Assembly: GCA_046327815.1 (NCBI GenBank)
Contig: JAXLXR010000001.1
Location: 260,185 to 324,184, forward strand
DNA: 64,000 nt
Direction of reading: 5' to 3'
DNA from: Candidatus Eiseniibacteriota bacterium
GTDB lineage: Bacteria > Eisenbacteria > RBG-16-71-46
A model generated the notes under the pieces. The model made no database searches. It saw only the letters and a list, made by a program, of their open reading frames with translations, and was not told where the DNA came from. Below, piece after piece: positions 40,900 to 51,521 of the stretch. Position 1 is the first letter of the stretch, and each line of letters starts with the position of its first letter. A program made the translations under genes and the position numbers.

Positions 40900-41807
40900 A
40901 GACGCTCGTCACGATCGTGCTGGGCTGGAACGGGCTCGCGCTCACCCGCGCGACGCTCGACTCGCTCGCCGCCTGCCGCGTGCCCGAGGGCTGGGCCGCG
41001 AAGGTGATGGTCGTGGACAACGCGTCGTCCGACGGCTCGCCCGCGGCGATCGCGGCCGAATACCCGTGGGTGGACCTCGTGGCGCTGCCCGGGAACCTGC
41101 GCTTCGCCGGCGGCAACAACGTCGGCATCACGCGCGCGCTCGAATCCGGTGCCGACGCGATCATGCTGCTGAACAACGACGTCGTCGCGGACCCCGGCCT
41201 GTACGAGAAGCTGCTCGCCGCGCTCGCCGAGCGCACGAAAGCCGGCGCCGCCGCCCCGCTCATCTACCACGCACTGCCGAGCCGCGTGATCTGGTACGCG
41301 GGCGGCGTGTGCGATCCGGCGTGGGCGCGCAGCGCGCACGTGGGGATCCGCGAGCACGATCGTGGGCAATACCGTTCGATCGAGACCACCGGCTACCTGA
41401 CCGGCTGCTGCCTGATGGCGACCGCCGAATGCTGGCGCAAGGTGGGGCTGCTCGACGAGGGCTACTTCATCTACGCCGAGGACGCCGACTGGTCGCTGCG
41501 CGCGCGCGAAGCCGGGTACGAGCTGTTGTTCGTGCCGACGGCGCGGCTCTGGCACATGGTGAGCGCGTCGAGCGGGGGAGCGGCGAGCGGCTGGAAGCTG
41601 TACCAGCGCACGCGCGCGAACGCGCGGCTGTGGGCGCGCCACGCCCGCGGCGCGGCGGCGCTCACCTCGCGCGCCAGCTTCTGGGCGCAGCATGCGGCGC
41701 TCTTGTTCGTTCTCGCGCTGCGTGGGAACTTCGCCGGCGCGCGCGGCGTGGCCCGCGCGCTGGCCGACGACATGGCGGGGCGCGACCCCGCGGAGGTGAA
41801 GCTGTGA
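40896..41807 (+). CDS. glycosyltransferase family 2 (soluble, rhamnosyltransferase-like)
   Basis: VVDNASSDGS, LLNNDVVAD and YAEDADWSLR motifs. Confidence 0.85.
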   Translation: MKTLVTIVLGWNGLALTRATLDSLAACRVPEGWAAKVMVVDNASSDGSPAAIAAEYPWVDLVALPGNLRFAGGNNVGITRALESGADAIMLLNNDVVADPGLYEKLLAALAERTKAGAAAPLIYHALPSRVIWYAGGVCDPAWARSAHVGIREHDRGQYRSIETTGYLTGCCLMATAECWRKVGLLDEGYFIYAEDADWSLRAREAGYELLFVPTARLWHMVSASSGGAASGWKLYQRTRANARLWARHARGAAALTSRASFWAQHAALLFVLALRGNFAGARGVARALADDMAGRDPAEVKL

Positions 41808-42682
41808 CCGCCTGGACGCCTTCCAAGCCCGTGCGCGCCCCGCACGAACCGCCGGTGTTCCTGCGCGAGGTGATCGCCGCGCAGCCCATGGGCGCGCGCG
41901 TGCTCGACGCCGGCTGCGGGCCGGGCTCGTGGCCTTACTCCGAGCGGCCGGACCTCACCATCACGGGCTTCGACATCAAGTTCCCGCCCGGGCCGCCGAA
42001 GCGCGAGTACACGACGCGCGTGTTCCGCGGCGACCTCGCGCGGCTGCCGCTGCCCGCGGAGTACTTCGACCTCACGGTGTGCCACTACGTGCTCGAGCAC
42101 GTCACCGAACTGCGCGAGTGCTGCGACGAACTGGTGCGGGTGACGAAGCCGGGCGGCACGCTCTACCTGAGCGTCCCGCGCGCGGCGGCCTTCGACGACC
42201 GGCTCTACCGCTTCGCGGGCTACTTCGCGAAGTACGCGCTCATGAAGTTCAGGAAGCGCATCGAGCACCAGCAGCGCTTCGACCTGCCGGGCGTGCTCGG
42301 CGAGTTCCGCCGCCGCGGCATGACCCTGACGGCGCACGCGTTCGTGCCCGCGGGCTTCTCGTGGATGAACGATCCGCGCACGAAGCCGCTGCAGGGTGCG
42401 TTCACCGACACCTTGTGCGGCATCCACCGCGCGACCGGGCTCGACCTCGCGGCGGACGCGAACTTCGTGCTCACGTTCGTGAAGACGGGGCGCACCGACG
42501 GACCGGACGGTCGCGATCGTTCCGCCCTGCCCGGGAACCGCAGGGTCACGCATGTCTGTCGCGACTGCGGTGAGCATTCCATCGTGGAAAGCTCGGGGCC
42601 TCCGGCCCCGTCCGGACCGTGGCCGAAGCAGTGGGTCTGCCCGTGGTGCGGCAAGCCGAACCCGTTCGGGCGACCGCGGTGA
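41804..42682 (+). CDS. class I SAM-dependent methyltransferase with C-terminal zinc-ribbon
   Basis: VLDAGCGPGS motif I; C-terminal CRDCGEHS...CPWCGKPN four-Cys ribbon. Confidence 0.75.
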   Translation: MTAWTPSKPVRAPHEPPVFLREVIAAQPMGARVLDAGCGPGSWPYSERPDLTITGFDIKFPPGPPKREYTTRVFRGDLARLPLPAEYFDLTVCHYVLEHVTELRECCDELVRVTKPGGTLYLSVPRAAAFDDRLYRFAGYFAKYALMKFRKRIEHQQRFDLPGVLGEFRRRGMTLTAHAFVPAGFSWMNDPRTKPLQGAFTDTLCGIHRATGLDLAADANFVLTFVKTGRTDGPDGRDRSALPGNRRVTHVCRDCGEHSIVESSGPPAPSGPWPKQWVCPWCGKPNPFGRPR

Positions 42683-42701
42683 GCGGCGAGCGGGCGGCGG
42701 C

Positions 42702-43715
42702 ATGAGAGTCCTGCACGCACCGTCGGAGATCGCGGGCCAGACGAGCATCCTCGCGCGCGCGCTGCGCGACCTGGGCGTCGAGGCGTGGTCGCTCGCCACC
42801 AATCCGACGTTCGCGAACTACCGCGTGGACGAGCTCGTGCCGCTCGATCCGCAGCCGCCGCTGCCGCGCTACATGGGCTACGCGGGGCTGCTGGCCAAGC
42901 ACCTGAACAAGTGGGACGTGTTCCACTTCCACTTCGGGCGCACGCTGATCGCGCCGCACAACCTCGACCTGCCGCTCTACCGCGCGATGGGCAAGAAGCT
43001 GGTGTTCCACTTCCACGGCTGCGACATCCGGAACCGAGCGCACATGCTGGCGACGCACGCGCACTCCACGTGCACCGAATGCTCGCCGCCGTTCTGCATT
43101 CCCGCGCGCCAGAAGCGCGTGCTGCGCGAGGCCGGGGCCCACGCCCACGCGCAGATCGTCTCGACGCCCGACCTGCTGGAATCCGCGCCGCTGGCGCGGC
43201 AGATGCACGTGGCCGTGTGGCTGCCGGACTACGAGCCCGCGCCGTTCCGCGAGACGCCGAAGCTCGTGCTGCACGCGCCGACCAACCGGCTCATCAAGGG
43301 CACGCCGTACATCGAGGCGGCGTTCGAGCGCCTGCGCCCGAAGTTCCCCGGCGTCGAGTTCCGCGTGGTCGAGAAGCTCGACTGGGCCGAGCTCAAGCGG
43401 GCGATGCGCGAGTGCGACGTGTTCGTGGACCAGCTGCACATGGGCTGGTACGGCATGGTGAGCGCGGAGGCCATGGCGTACGGCCGGCCGTCGCTCGCGT
43501 ACCTGCGGCCCGACTTCGAGCCGCTCACGCGGGACTGCCCGCTCGTGCGCACGAGCGTCGAGACGCTGGAGCACGATCTCGAGGCGCTGCTCACCGACAC
43601 ACCGCGCCGCCGCGAGCTGGGCGAGCGCTCGCGCGCCTACGTCGAGCGCGAGCACGCCGCGCCGGTGCTCGCGGCGAAGCTGGTTGAGCTGTACCGGAGC
43701 CTCGGCGTCTCGTGA
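42702..43715 (+). CDS. glycosyltransferase (GT-B, GT4-like)
   Basis: C-terminal domain HMGWYGMVSAEAMAYGRPSLAY resembling GT4 donor-binding region. Confidence 0.65.
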   Translation: MRVLHAPSEIAGQTSILARALRDLGVEAWSLATNPTFANYRVDELVPLDPQPPLPRYMGYAGLLAKHLNKWDVFHFHFGRTLIAPHNLDLPLYRAMGKKLVFHFHGCDIRNRAHMLATHAHSTCTECSPPFCIPARQKRVLREAGAHAHAQIVSTPDLLESAPLARQMHVAVWLPDYEPAPFRETPKLVLHAPTNRLIKGTPYIEAAFERLRPKFPGVEFRVVEKLDWAELKRAMRECDVFVDQLHMGWYGMVSAEAMAYGRPSLAYLRPDFEPLTRDCPLVRTSVETLEHDLEALLTDTPRRRELGERSRAYVEREHAAPVLAAKLVELYRSLGVS

Positions 43716-45151
43716 GCGTCCGCGACTCTCTCAAGCGCCTCTCCGGCGACTCGCTCGTCTACGGGCTCGGGCAGGTGCTGGGGAAGGTGGTCAACTTCCT
43801 GCTCGTGCCGGTGCTCACGCGCGTGCTGGTGCCCGAGCAGTTCGGCGTCTCCGAGAACGTCACGCAGTACACCGCGAGCGCGCTGCTCGTGCTCGTGTTC
43901 GGCATGGACGGCGCGCTCGCGCGGTTCTTCTACGAGCAGCCCGACCGCACCGCACGCGTGCGCATGGTGTCGTCGTCGTTCGCGTTCCGCCTGCTCACCG
44001 GCGGCGCGGTCGCGCTGACGCTCGCCGCGTTCGCCACGCCGCTCGCCGGGGCGCTGCTGGGCGGCGAGGTGTACGCGAAGTACCTGCGCATCGGCGCGCT
44101 CACGCTGCCGGCCACGCTCTTCGTGCTGTTCTCGTACGACGTGCTGCGCGTGACGTTCCAACCCTGGAAGTTCATCGCGCTGAACCTCGCGTGGACGCTC
44201 TCCGTGGGCGGGCTCACGCTGTACTTCGTGCTCGGGCGCCACCTCGGCGTGGCGGGCGCGCTCTACGGCAAGCTGATCGGCGACGCGTGCACCGCGGCGT
44301 TCGGGCTCGTGCTGTGCCGCCATCACCTCAAGCCGGTGTTCGACCGCGACCTGCTGCGCCGCATGCTCGGCTACGGGCTGCCGCTCGTGCCGGTCTCCAT
44401 TTCGTACGCGGTGATCGGCGCGGTGGACCGCGCCACGCTCACGCGCACGTTCTCGCCCGAGGCGGCCGGCATCTACGCGGTGGCGATGAAGTTCTTCGCG
44501 GTGATCACCATGGGCGTGTCGGCGTTCAACCTGGCGTTCGGCGCGTTCGCGTACGCGCGCGCCAAGGACCCCGACGCGCCCAAGCTCTACGCGCGCGTCA
44601 TCACCCTGTACGTGGCGTTCGCCTCGCTGGGCGCGCTCGTGGTGGGCGTGTTCGCGCCCGCGCTCGTGGCGCTGCTCGCGCCCGAGAAGTACGCCTCGGC
44701 CGCGACCCCGGCACTGTGGCTGACCTTTGCCGCTGCCGCGCAGGGCGCCTATCCTCTCGCCGTGCTCGGCATCACGCTGGCGCTGCGCACGCGGTTGCTG
44801 GTCGGCATCGCGGCGTTGTCGGCTGCGGTCGCGATCGTCGCGAACGCCCTGCTCGTGCCGCGTTTCGGGGCGACGGGCGCGGCCATGGCCACGTGCCTCG
44901 CGCACGTGGCGTCGGCGGTCGCCGCGTACGTCGTGTCGCAGCGCGTCTACCCGCTGCCGTTCCGCAGCGCGCGGCTCGTGCTGCTGTACGGCGGCGCGCT
45001 CGCGCTCGGCGTGGCCGCGGTGCGGCTCGCGCCCGCCGGCGTGGCGGGAGTGGGAACCAAGCTGGTCGCGGTGCTCGCGTTCGTCGCGCTGGCCGCGGTG
45101 CTCGAAGTCTGGAAGGACCGCGGCGCGGTCCGCCATCGTCCGTCGTCCTGA
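43712..45151 (+). CDS. oligosaccharide/polysaccharide flippase (Wzx-like, MOP superfamily)
   Basis: ~12-14 TM helices; polysaccharide-biosynthesis-protein architecture; GTGA overlap. Confidence 0.75.
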   Translation: MSVRDSLKRLSGDSLVYGLGQVLGKVVNFLLVPVLTRVLVPEQFGVSENVTQYTASALLVLVFGMDGALARFFYEQPDRTARVRMVSSSFAFRLLTGGAVALTLAAFATPLAGALLGGEVYAKYLRIGALTLPATLFVLFSYDVLRVTFQPWKFIALNLAWTLSVGGLTLYFVLGRHLGVAGALYGKLIGDACTAAFGLVLCRHHLKPVFDRDLLRRMLGYGLPLVPVSISYAVIGAVDRATLTRTFSPEAAGIYAVAMKFFAVITMGVSAFNLAFGAFAYARAKDPDAPKLYARVITLYVAFASLGALVVGVFAPALVALLAPEKYASAATPALWLTFAAAAQGAYPLAVLGITLALRTRLLVGIAALSAAVAIVANALLVPRFGATGAAMATCLAHVASAVAAYVVSQRVYPLPFRSARLVLLYGGALALGVAAVRLAPAGVAGVGTKLVAVLAFVALAAVLEVWKDRGAVRHRPSS

Positions 45152-45178
45152 CGGAACATCGCCCGGAGGAAAGCGGAC

Positions 45179-47227
45179 ATGTGCGGCATCGCAGGCATCT
45201 TCGACTCGCGCGCGCGCGCCGACCTCGGCCGGCTCGCGCACATGTCGCGGCTCATGCGCCACCGCGGCCCCGACGACGAGGGGTTCGTGCTCGTGGACGC
45301 CGCGACCGGCGGCTGGCGCACGCACGGCGGCCCCGACACGCCGCTCGAGGCGTATCGCTCCGGCGCGGCGTACGCGCCCGGGCGCTCGTCCGGCGTGGCG
45401 AGCGACGCGGCGTGGCACGTGGCGCTGCTGCACCGCCGCCTCGCGATCGTGGACCTGAGCCCCGGCGGCCACCAGCCCATGAGCGCGGCGTACGGCCGGC
45501 ACTGGCTCACGTTCAACGGCGAGATCTACAACTTCATCGAACTGCGCGACGAACTGCGCGCGCTCGGCCACGAGTTCGTGACCACGTCGGACACCGAAGT
45601 GATCCTCGCCGCGTACCGGCAGTGGAGCGAAGACTGCCTGTCGCACTTCAACGGCATGTTCGCGCTCGCGCTCTGGGACCAGGACCGCGGGGTGCTGTTC
45701 TGCGCGCGCGACCGGCTGGGCGTGAAGCCGTTCTACTACCAGTACGACGGCACGCGCTTCGCGTTCGCCTCCGAGCCCAAGGCGCTCGTGCTCACGCAGG
45801 ACACGCGCCCCGTGCCGCGCCCCGCGGCGATCCGCGACCTGCTCGCGCTCGACTGGGTGGACCACGGCGCGCACACGTTCTTCGAAGGCCTGATGCAGCT
45901 GCCGCCCGCGCACTGCCTGCGGGTGGGCGAGGGCGGGATCGCGATCCGGCGCTGGTGGGGGCTCGACGAACGCGCCTACGCGAGCGGCACGAGCGACGAG
46001 TTCGCCGCGCGCTACGCCGAGCTGTTCACCGACTCCGTGCGGCTGCGCCTGCGCGCCGACGTCGAAGTCGGTTCGTGCCTGTCGGGCGGACTCGATTCCA
46101 GCGCGGTCGTGACCACCGCGGGCCGGCTCGAGAACCGCGGACTGCACGCGTTCTCGTGCGCCTACGACGAAGGCCCGGCGTTCGACGAGCGTCCGCACAT
46201 CCGCGCCGCCGTCGAATCGAGCGGCGCGAAGAGCCACCTCACGATCCCCAACGGCGACGACTTCTGGAGCGTGTTCGACACGCTCGCCACGGCGCAGGAC
46301 GAACCGACCGCGGGGCCGGGCGTGTACTCGCAGTGGAAGGTCATGGAGCTCGCGCACGCGACCGGGCTCAAGGTGCTGCTCGACGGGCAGGGTGGCGACG
46401 AGACGCTGGCGGGCTACTTCCGCTACCTGCCGTCGCGGCTGCGCGACCTCGCGCGCGCCGGCGACGTGGGCGGGTTCCTGCGGCTGTGGGGGCCGGTGTC
46501 CGACAAGCTCGGCGTTTCGACCGCGCTGCTGCACACGTTCGAGCCGTGGCTGCCGTCGGCGCTCGTCGCCGAACTGCGCGGCCGCTTCGGGCAGGGCAAG
46601 GACCGCGTGCTCTCGCACGCGCTGCGCGGCCTGCCGACGGACGTGCCGAAATGGCCGAACGTCGAGCGCTCCGACGTCTGGCGCCATCTCGCGTTCGACA
46701 CGCTCGTGCGCCAGCTGCCGAGCCTGCTGCGCTACGAGGACCGCAACTCGATGGCGTTCTCGATCGAGACGCGGCTGCCGTTCCTCGACTACCGCCTGCT
46801 CGAGTTCGCGTTCTCGCTGCCCGACGAGGAGAAGCTCGCGGGCGCGACGACCAAGGCGATCCTGCGCCGGGCGCTCGGCGACCGGGTGCCGAAGAGCGTG
46901 CTCGCGCGCCGCGACAAGATGGGCTTCGAGACGCCGACCGACCTCTGGTTCCGCACGCGCTTCGCCGACGAGGCGCGGCGCCGGCTCGCGCGGCCCGGCC
47001 CGTTCCAGGACTGGGTGGACGGCGAGTTCGTGCGCGCGCAGCTCGAGGAGTACCTCGTGGGCGGCCGCGCGATCGGCCTGCAGGTGTGGCGCTGGTTGAG
47101 CCTCGAGGCATGGTCGCGTGCGTTCGTGGCGCTCGACCCGCGCGTCGGCGAGCGCGAGGTGCCTCATTCCGAGCGCGCCGGCCTGCACGTGAGCCGCGTC
47201 GAGTTCGACGCCGCGAGGATGCGCTGA
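45179..47227 (+). CDS. asnB: asparagine synthetase (glutamine-hydrolysing) family amidotransferase (AsnB/WbpS-like)
   Basis: N-terminal MCGIAGIF Ntn-glutaminase; SGGLDSS PP-loop. Confidence 0.88.
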   Translation: MCGIAGIFDSRARADLGRLAHMSRLMRHRGPDDEGFVLVDAATGGWRTHGGPDTPLEAYRSGAAYAPGRSSGVASDAAWHVALLHRRLAIVDLSPGGHQPMSAAYGRHWLTFNGEIYNFIELRDELRALGHEFVTTSDTEVILAAYRQWSEDCLSHFNGMFALALWDQDRGVLFCARDRLGVKPFYYQYDGTRFAFASEPKALVLTQDTRPVPRPAAIRDLLALDWVDHGAHTFFEGLMQLPPAHCLRVGEGGIAIRRWWGLDERAYASGTSDEFAARYAELFTDSVRLRLRADVEVGSCLSGGLDSSAVVTTAGRLENRGLHAFSCAYDEGPAFDERPHIRAAVESSGAKSHLTIPNGDDFWSVFDTLATAQDEPTAGPGVYSQWKVMELAHATGLKVLLDGQGGDETLAGYFRYLPSRLRDLARAGDVGGFLRLWGPVSDKLGVSTALLHTFEPWLPSALVAELRGRFGQGKDRVLSHALRGLPTDVPKWPNVERSDVWRHLAFDTLVRQLPSLLRYEDRNSMAFSIETRLPFLDYRLLEFAFSLPDEEKLAGATTKAILRRALGDRVPKSVLARRDKMGFETPTDLWFRTRFADEARRRLARPGPFQDWVDGEFVRAQLEEYLVGGRAIGLQVWRWLSLEAWSRAFVALDPRVGEREVPHSERAGLHVSRVEFDAARMR

Positions 47228-48351
47228 TGGACCTGGTCGTCCTGTCCGAGGTGCGCTGGGGCTACTTCCGCACCCGGAAGCAGTTCCTGCTGTCCCGGTT
47301 CCCCGAGCCGTGGCGCGTGTTCTTCGCGCAGCCGCCCGGCGGGGGGAAGGACGACCCGTGGGAGCCGCGGACCGAGGGCCGGGTCACCTACTTCACGGTC
47401 CCGTTCCTCAAGCCGGGCACGAAATCGCCGCTCTACAACGCCGTCGCCGGCACGGCGCCCGGGCGCTGGGCGATCGAGGCGGTGGCCGAGGCGCACCTGG
47501 GGCGCATGCTGGCGCGGCTCCGGGTGGGCCCCGAGCCGGTGGTGCTGGCCTCGAACATCTACACCGCGGGAGCGCTTTCGCGGCTCCGCAAGAAGCTGCT
47601 ACTGTACGACTTTAACGACAGTCCCTTTCAGTTCTCCGTGAGCCCGCCGTGGGCGCACGGGTACTGGCCACGCACGCTTCGGCAGGCGGACGCCGTGTTC
47701 GTCGTGTCGGAGTTCTATCGTCGGCAGCTCGCCGGGGAGACCGATCGGCCCTTGATCCTGCTCGGGAACGGAGTCGAGATGGCGCACTTCGAGGCGCCAC
47801 GCGACGTCCCCGCGGACCTCGCCTCGCTGCCCCGGCCGCTCATCGGCTACGTGGGACTGCTGAGCCACTTCCTGGATTTCGAGATGCTCGAATCGCTCCG
47901 GCGGAACCGCCGGGGGGGGACGCTGGTATTGGTGGGGCCGGGCACTCCCGCGACCGACGCCGCGGTGGCCGAACTGGGCCGCCGGGAAGGGGTCGCGGTG
48001 CTCGGGCCGAAGCCGTACGAGCAGGTACCGGCCTGCATGCAGGCGCTGGACGTCGGGGTGATCCCGTTCCGCGCGAACGACCCGTTCGTGCAGGGGATCA
48101 ACCCGAACAAGGTGTACCAGTACCTCGCGGCCGGCCTGCCGGTGCTCACGACCCCGCTTCTCGACCTGCAGGAGACCGCTCCCGACCTGCTGTTCGCCCA
48201 CGACGCCCGCACCATGAGCGAGGCCCTCGCGACGGCGCTCGACGCGCCGGCCGATCGCGAGCGCCGCCGCGCGCTCGCCCGTCCGCACGACTGGGACGCG
48301 CTCGCCTCGCGCATGGTCCACGAGATCGAGGCGCGGCTTCCCGCCGCGTGA
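47227..48351 (+). CDS. glycosyltransferase family 4/1 (GT-B)
   Basis: C-terminal domain NPNKVYQYLAAGLPVLTTPL; ATGA overlap with asnB. Confidence 0.7.
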   Translation: MDLVVLSEVRWGYFRTRKQFLLSRFPEPWRVFFAQPPGGGKDDPWEPRTEGRVTYFTVPFLKPGTKSPLYNAVAGTAPGRWAIEAVAEAHLGRMLARLRVGPEPVVLASNIYTAGALSRLRKKLLLYDFNDSPFQFSVSPPWAHGYWPRTLRQADAVFVVSEFYRRQLAGETDRPLILLGNGVEMAHFEAPRDVPADLASLPRPLIGYVGLLSHFLDFEMLESLRRNRRGGTLVLVGPGTPATDAAVAELGRREGVAVLGPKPYEQVPACMQALDVGVIPFRANDPFVQGINPNKVYQYLAAGLPVLTTPLLDLQETAPDLLFAHDARTMSEALATALDAPADRERRRALARPHDWDALASRMVHEIEARLPAA

Positions 48352-48371
48352 CCCGAGGAGTCGCACGCTTC

Positions 48372-50798
48372 ATGGCCCAGACGAAGCCCACCCCGAAGGC
48401 GTCCGGCGCAGCCGGCGGATTCACGCTCACCACGGCGTGGGCCGCGGTCGTGCTCGCGCTGCTCACGCTGCTGTTCTTCCACGAAGTCTCGATCGGCGGG
48501 CGCACGTTCGTCTCGCCCGACGCGACCAACCCGCTGGGCTTCGTGCGCATCGGCGAGCAGTCGCTGACCCAGAACCACGTCTACCCGCTGTGGAACCCGT
48601 TCGTGTTCCTCGGCATGCCGAGCTTCGGGTCGGGCGCGTACAACCCGTGGATCTACCCGCCGGACTGGCCGCTCGCGCTGGTGCAGAAGGTGGTGCCGCT
48701 GCCCGAGCTGACGTGGCTGCTGATCTACTACTTCCTCGGCGCGTACTTCGTGTACCAGCTTGCGCGCGAGTGGGGCGCACGCCCCGAAGGCGCGCTGCTC
48801 GGCGCGGTGGCGTTCGTGTTCCAGCCGAACCTCGTCGCGGTCGGTGCGCACGGGCACGGCAGCCAGCTCGTGAACTCGGCGTACCTGCCGCTCATGGTGT
48901 GGCTGGGCGCGCGCTGGATGCGGCGCGGCTCGCTCGCCGACCTCGGCGCGCTCGCGCTCGCCGGCGGCTTCCAGTTCCTGCGCGGGCACGTGCAGATCTG
49001 CTTCTACTCGTGGATCGCGGTCACGATGTGGGCGGGTGTGTCGCTGCTCTCGGCCGTGCGCACACCGGGCGAACTGCCCGCGCGCGCGCTGCGCGCCGTG
49101 GGCGTGCTCGCGGCTGCCGCGCTCGCGTTCGGCGTGGCGGGCGTCTACAACCTGCCGCTCAAGGACTACGCCCAGTATTCGATCCGCGGCGGTGACGGCG
49201 GCGGCGGCGCGGGCTTCGCGTACGCGACCGGCTGGTCGCTCGCACCGTACGAACTGCCCTCGGCGATCGTGCCGAACTACGTCGGCTTCGGCGGCGCCAC
49301 CTACTGGGGCGGCATGCCGTTCACCGACTACCCGAACGCCTACCTCGGCGTGGTCGCGGTGCTGCTCGCGATTCCGGCGGTGCTCGGCGGCGGCGCGCCG
49401 CGCGTGTTCGCGCTGCTGCTCGGCGCGTTCGCGCTGCTCGTGTCGTTCGGCAGCCACTCGCCGCTGTACGCGTGGATGTACGCGCACGTGCCGCAGTTCA
49501 ACAAGTTCCGCATCCCGGTCATGATCGTGATCCTGCTGCAGCTCGCCATGGCGCTCGCGACGGCGTGGGGCTGGAGCGAGATCATCGCGTCCGACGCGAA
49601 GCGCCGCGCCCTGCTCGAGAAGCTCTGGATGGTCGTCGCGGCGGCGGTCGTGCTCGCCGGGCTCGCGGTGCTCGGCGGGGGCGAAGGCCTGCGTTCGTGG
49701 TACGTGCAGATGGCGCAGGGGCACAAGCCGGAGTTCCCGCTCGAGGCGGCGAACGCGGCGTTCGCCGCGTTCACCAAGGACGCGCAGCAGGTGCTCGTCA
49801 CCGCGGTGTGCGTGGTGGCGCTCGCGTTCCTCGCCATGCGCGGCAAGCTCGCCGCCGGGCTCGCGAGCGTGATCGCACTCGTGCTGCTGCTCGGCAACCT
49901 GTGGCCGGTCTCGAACCAGGTCATGGCGCCCGTGATCGGCGACCCGATCGCGCGCGACGCCGACGCCGGCCGCGACGAGATCACCGACTTCCTCGAGAAG
50001 CAGGGGCCGTGGGGCAGCTTCCGCGTCATGTACCCCGAGCTGCGCGACAACCGGCTCGCGGGCTTCGGCGTCGCGGTGCTCGGCGGCTATCACGCCGCCA
50101 AGCCGCAGCTCTACCAGGACCTCGTCACGCCGGGCAGCTCGGTGATCCTGAGCGCACGGCTGTGGACGCTGTGCAACGTCAGGTACCTCGCGCTCTCGCA
50201 GGCCGTGCCCGCCGAGGCGCTCACGCAGGTGCTGGGACCGCTCGGCGCGTTCTTCCAGCCCGTGTACTCGGGCGCCGCGGGCGGCGTGTACGAGTACGTG
50301 CGCACGCTGCCGCGAGCGACGGTCGTGGACGCGTACGCCGTCCTGCCCGACACCGGCCGCGCGAGCGTGGACTCGGTCACGTCGAGCCCGCGCGATCCCG
50401 CGACATTCACGTTCCTCACGAAGAAGCCGGGCTTCGAATCGGGTTCGGGGCAGCTGCCCGCGGGCACCGCCACGATCTCGAAGTACGGCCTGCACGAAGT
50501 CGAGATCGCGGCCGACGCCGCGGGCCCGGCGCTCGTGCGGCTTTCGGATCTCTGGTACCCGGACTGGAAGGCCACGGTGGACGGCAAGCCCGCCGAGATC
50601 CTGCGCGCGGACCACGCGCTGCGCGCGGTCGAGGTGCCGGCCGGGAAGCACGTCGTGAAGTTCACGTTCGAGAGCGCGTCGTTCCGCAACGGACTCACGC
50701 TCTCGGTGGTGTGTGCGATCGTCTCGCTCGCACTGCTCGTCGCCGGCATCCTGCTCGACCGCCGCGTTCGCCCTTCGACGCCGACCGAGGCCGCCTGA
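48372..50798 (+). CDS. YfhO-family GT-C membrane glycosyltransferase
   Basis: 808 aa; N-terminal YfhO-like segment (FVSPDATNPLGF...LWNPFVFLGMP); many TM helices; C-terminal TM anchor. Confidence 0.75.
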   Translation: MAQTKPTPKASGAAGGFTLTTAWAAVVLALLTLLFFHEVSIGGRTFVSPDATNPLGFVRIGEQSLTQNHVYPLWNPFVFLGMPSFGSGAYNPWIYPPDWPLALVQKVVPLPELTWLLIYYFLGAYFVYQLAREWGARPEGALLGAVAFVFQPNLVAVGAHGHGSQLVNSAYLPLMVWLGARWMRRGSLADLGALALAGGFQFLRGHVQICFYSWIAVTMWAGVSLLSAVRTPGELPARALRAVGVLAAAALAFGVAGVYNLPLKDYAQYSIRGGDGGGGAGFAYATGWSLAPYELPSAIVPNYVGFGGATYWGGMPFTDYPNAYLGVVAVLLAIPAVLGGGAPRVFALLLGAFALLVSFGSHSPLYAWMYAHVPQFNKFRIPVMIVILLQLAMALATAWGWSEIIASDAKRRALLEKLWMVVAAAVVLAGLAVLGGGEGLRSWYVQMAQGHKPEFPLEAANAAFAAFTKDAQQVLVTAVCVVALAFLAMRGKLAAGLASVIALVLLLGNLWPVSNQVMAPVIGDPIARDADAGRDEITDFLEKQGPWGSFRVMYPELRDNRLAGFGVAVLGGYHAAKPQLYQDLVTPGSSVILSARLWTLCNVRYLALSQAVPAEALTQVLGPLGAFFQPVYSGAAGGVYEYVRTLPRATVVDAYAVLPDTGRASVDSVTSSPRDPATFTFLTKKPGFESGSGQLPAGTATISKYGLHEVEIAADAAGPALVRLSDLWYPDWKATVDGKPAEILRADHALRAVEVPAGKHVVKFTFESASFRNGLTLSVVCAIVSLALLVAGILLDRRVRPSTPTEAA

Positions 50799-51514
50799 TG
50801 GAAAAGCTCGTCATCGTCCCGACGTACAACGAGATCGACAACATCCGTCCGTTGCTCGAGAAGGTGCTGGCGCTGCCGTACGGGCTCGACATCCTGATCG
50901 TGGACGACAACTCTCCCGACGGCACCGCCGACGTGGTGAAGGAGTGGCAGCAGAAGTCCGACCGCGTGCACCTGCTGCAGCGCCCCGGCAAGATGGGGCT
51001 CGGCTCGGCCTACCGCGACGGCTTCCGCTACGCGCTCGCGAACGGCGCCGAGTACATCTTCGAGATGGACGCCGACTTCTCGCACGATCCCGAGGCGATC
51101 GGGCAGTTCCTCGAGGAGGCGAAGGACGCCGACATCGTGCTCGGCAGCCGGTACCTGCACGGCGTCACGGTGGTGAACTGGCCGCTCAGCCGGCTGATCC
51201 TGTCGTACTCGGCGAACGTGTACACGCGGATCATCACCGGCCTGCCGCTCGCCGATTCGACCGGCGGATTCAAGTGCTTCCGCCGCCGCGCGCTCGAGGG
51301 CATCAAGCTCGATCGCGTGAAGTCCGAGGGCTATTCGTTCCAGATCGAGATGTCGTTCCGGTGCTGGAAGCGCGGCTTCCGCATCAAGGAGATCCCGATC
51401 ATCTTCGTGGACCGGCGCGCCGGCGTGTCCAAGATGAGCCGCAAGATCATCTGGGAAGCCGCGGGCATGGTCTGGCGCCTGCGCCTGCTCGACCTGTTCG
51501 GCCAGTTGGAGTGA
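50798..51514 (+). CDS. polyprenol-monophosphomannose synthase / dolichol-phosphate mannosyltransferase-like GT2 (soluble Ppm1/DPM1-type)
   Basis: IVPTYNEIDNI, LIVDDNSPDGT and MDADFSHDP motifs; 238 aa without TM. Confidence 0.85.
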   Translation: MEKLVIVPTYNEIDNIRPLLEKVLALPYGLDILIVDDNSPDGTADVVKEWQQKSDRVHLLQRPGKMGLGSAYRDGFRYALANGAEYIFEMDADFSHDPEAIGQFLEEAKDADIVLGSRYLHGVTVVNWPLSRLILSYSANVYTRIITGLPLADSTGGFKCFRRRALEGIKLDRVKSEGYSFQIEMSFRCWKRGFRIKEIPIIFVDRRAGVSKMSRKIIWEAAGMVWRLRLLDLFGQLE

Positions 51515-51521
51515 CCTCGCG

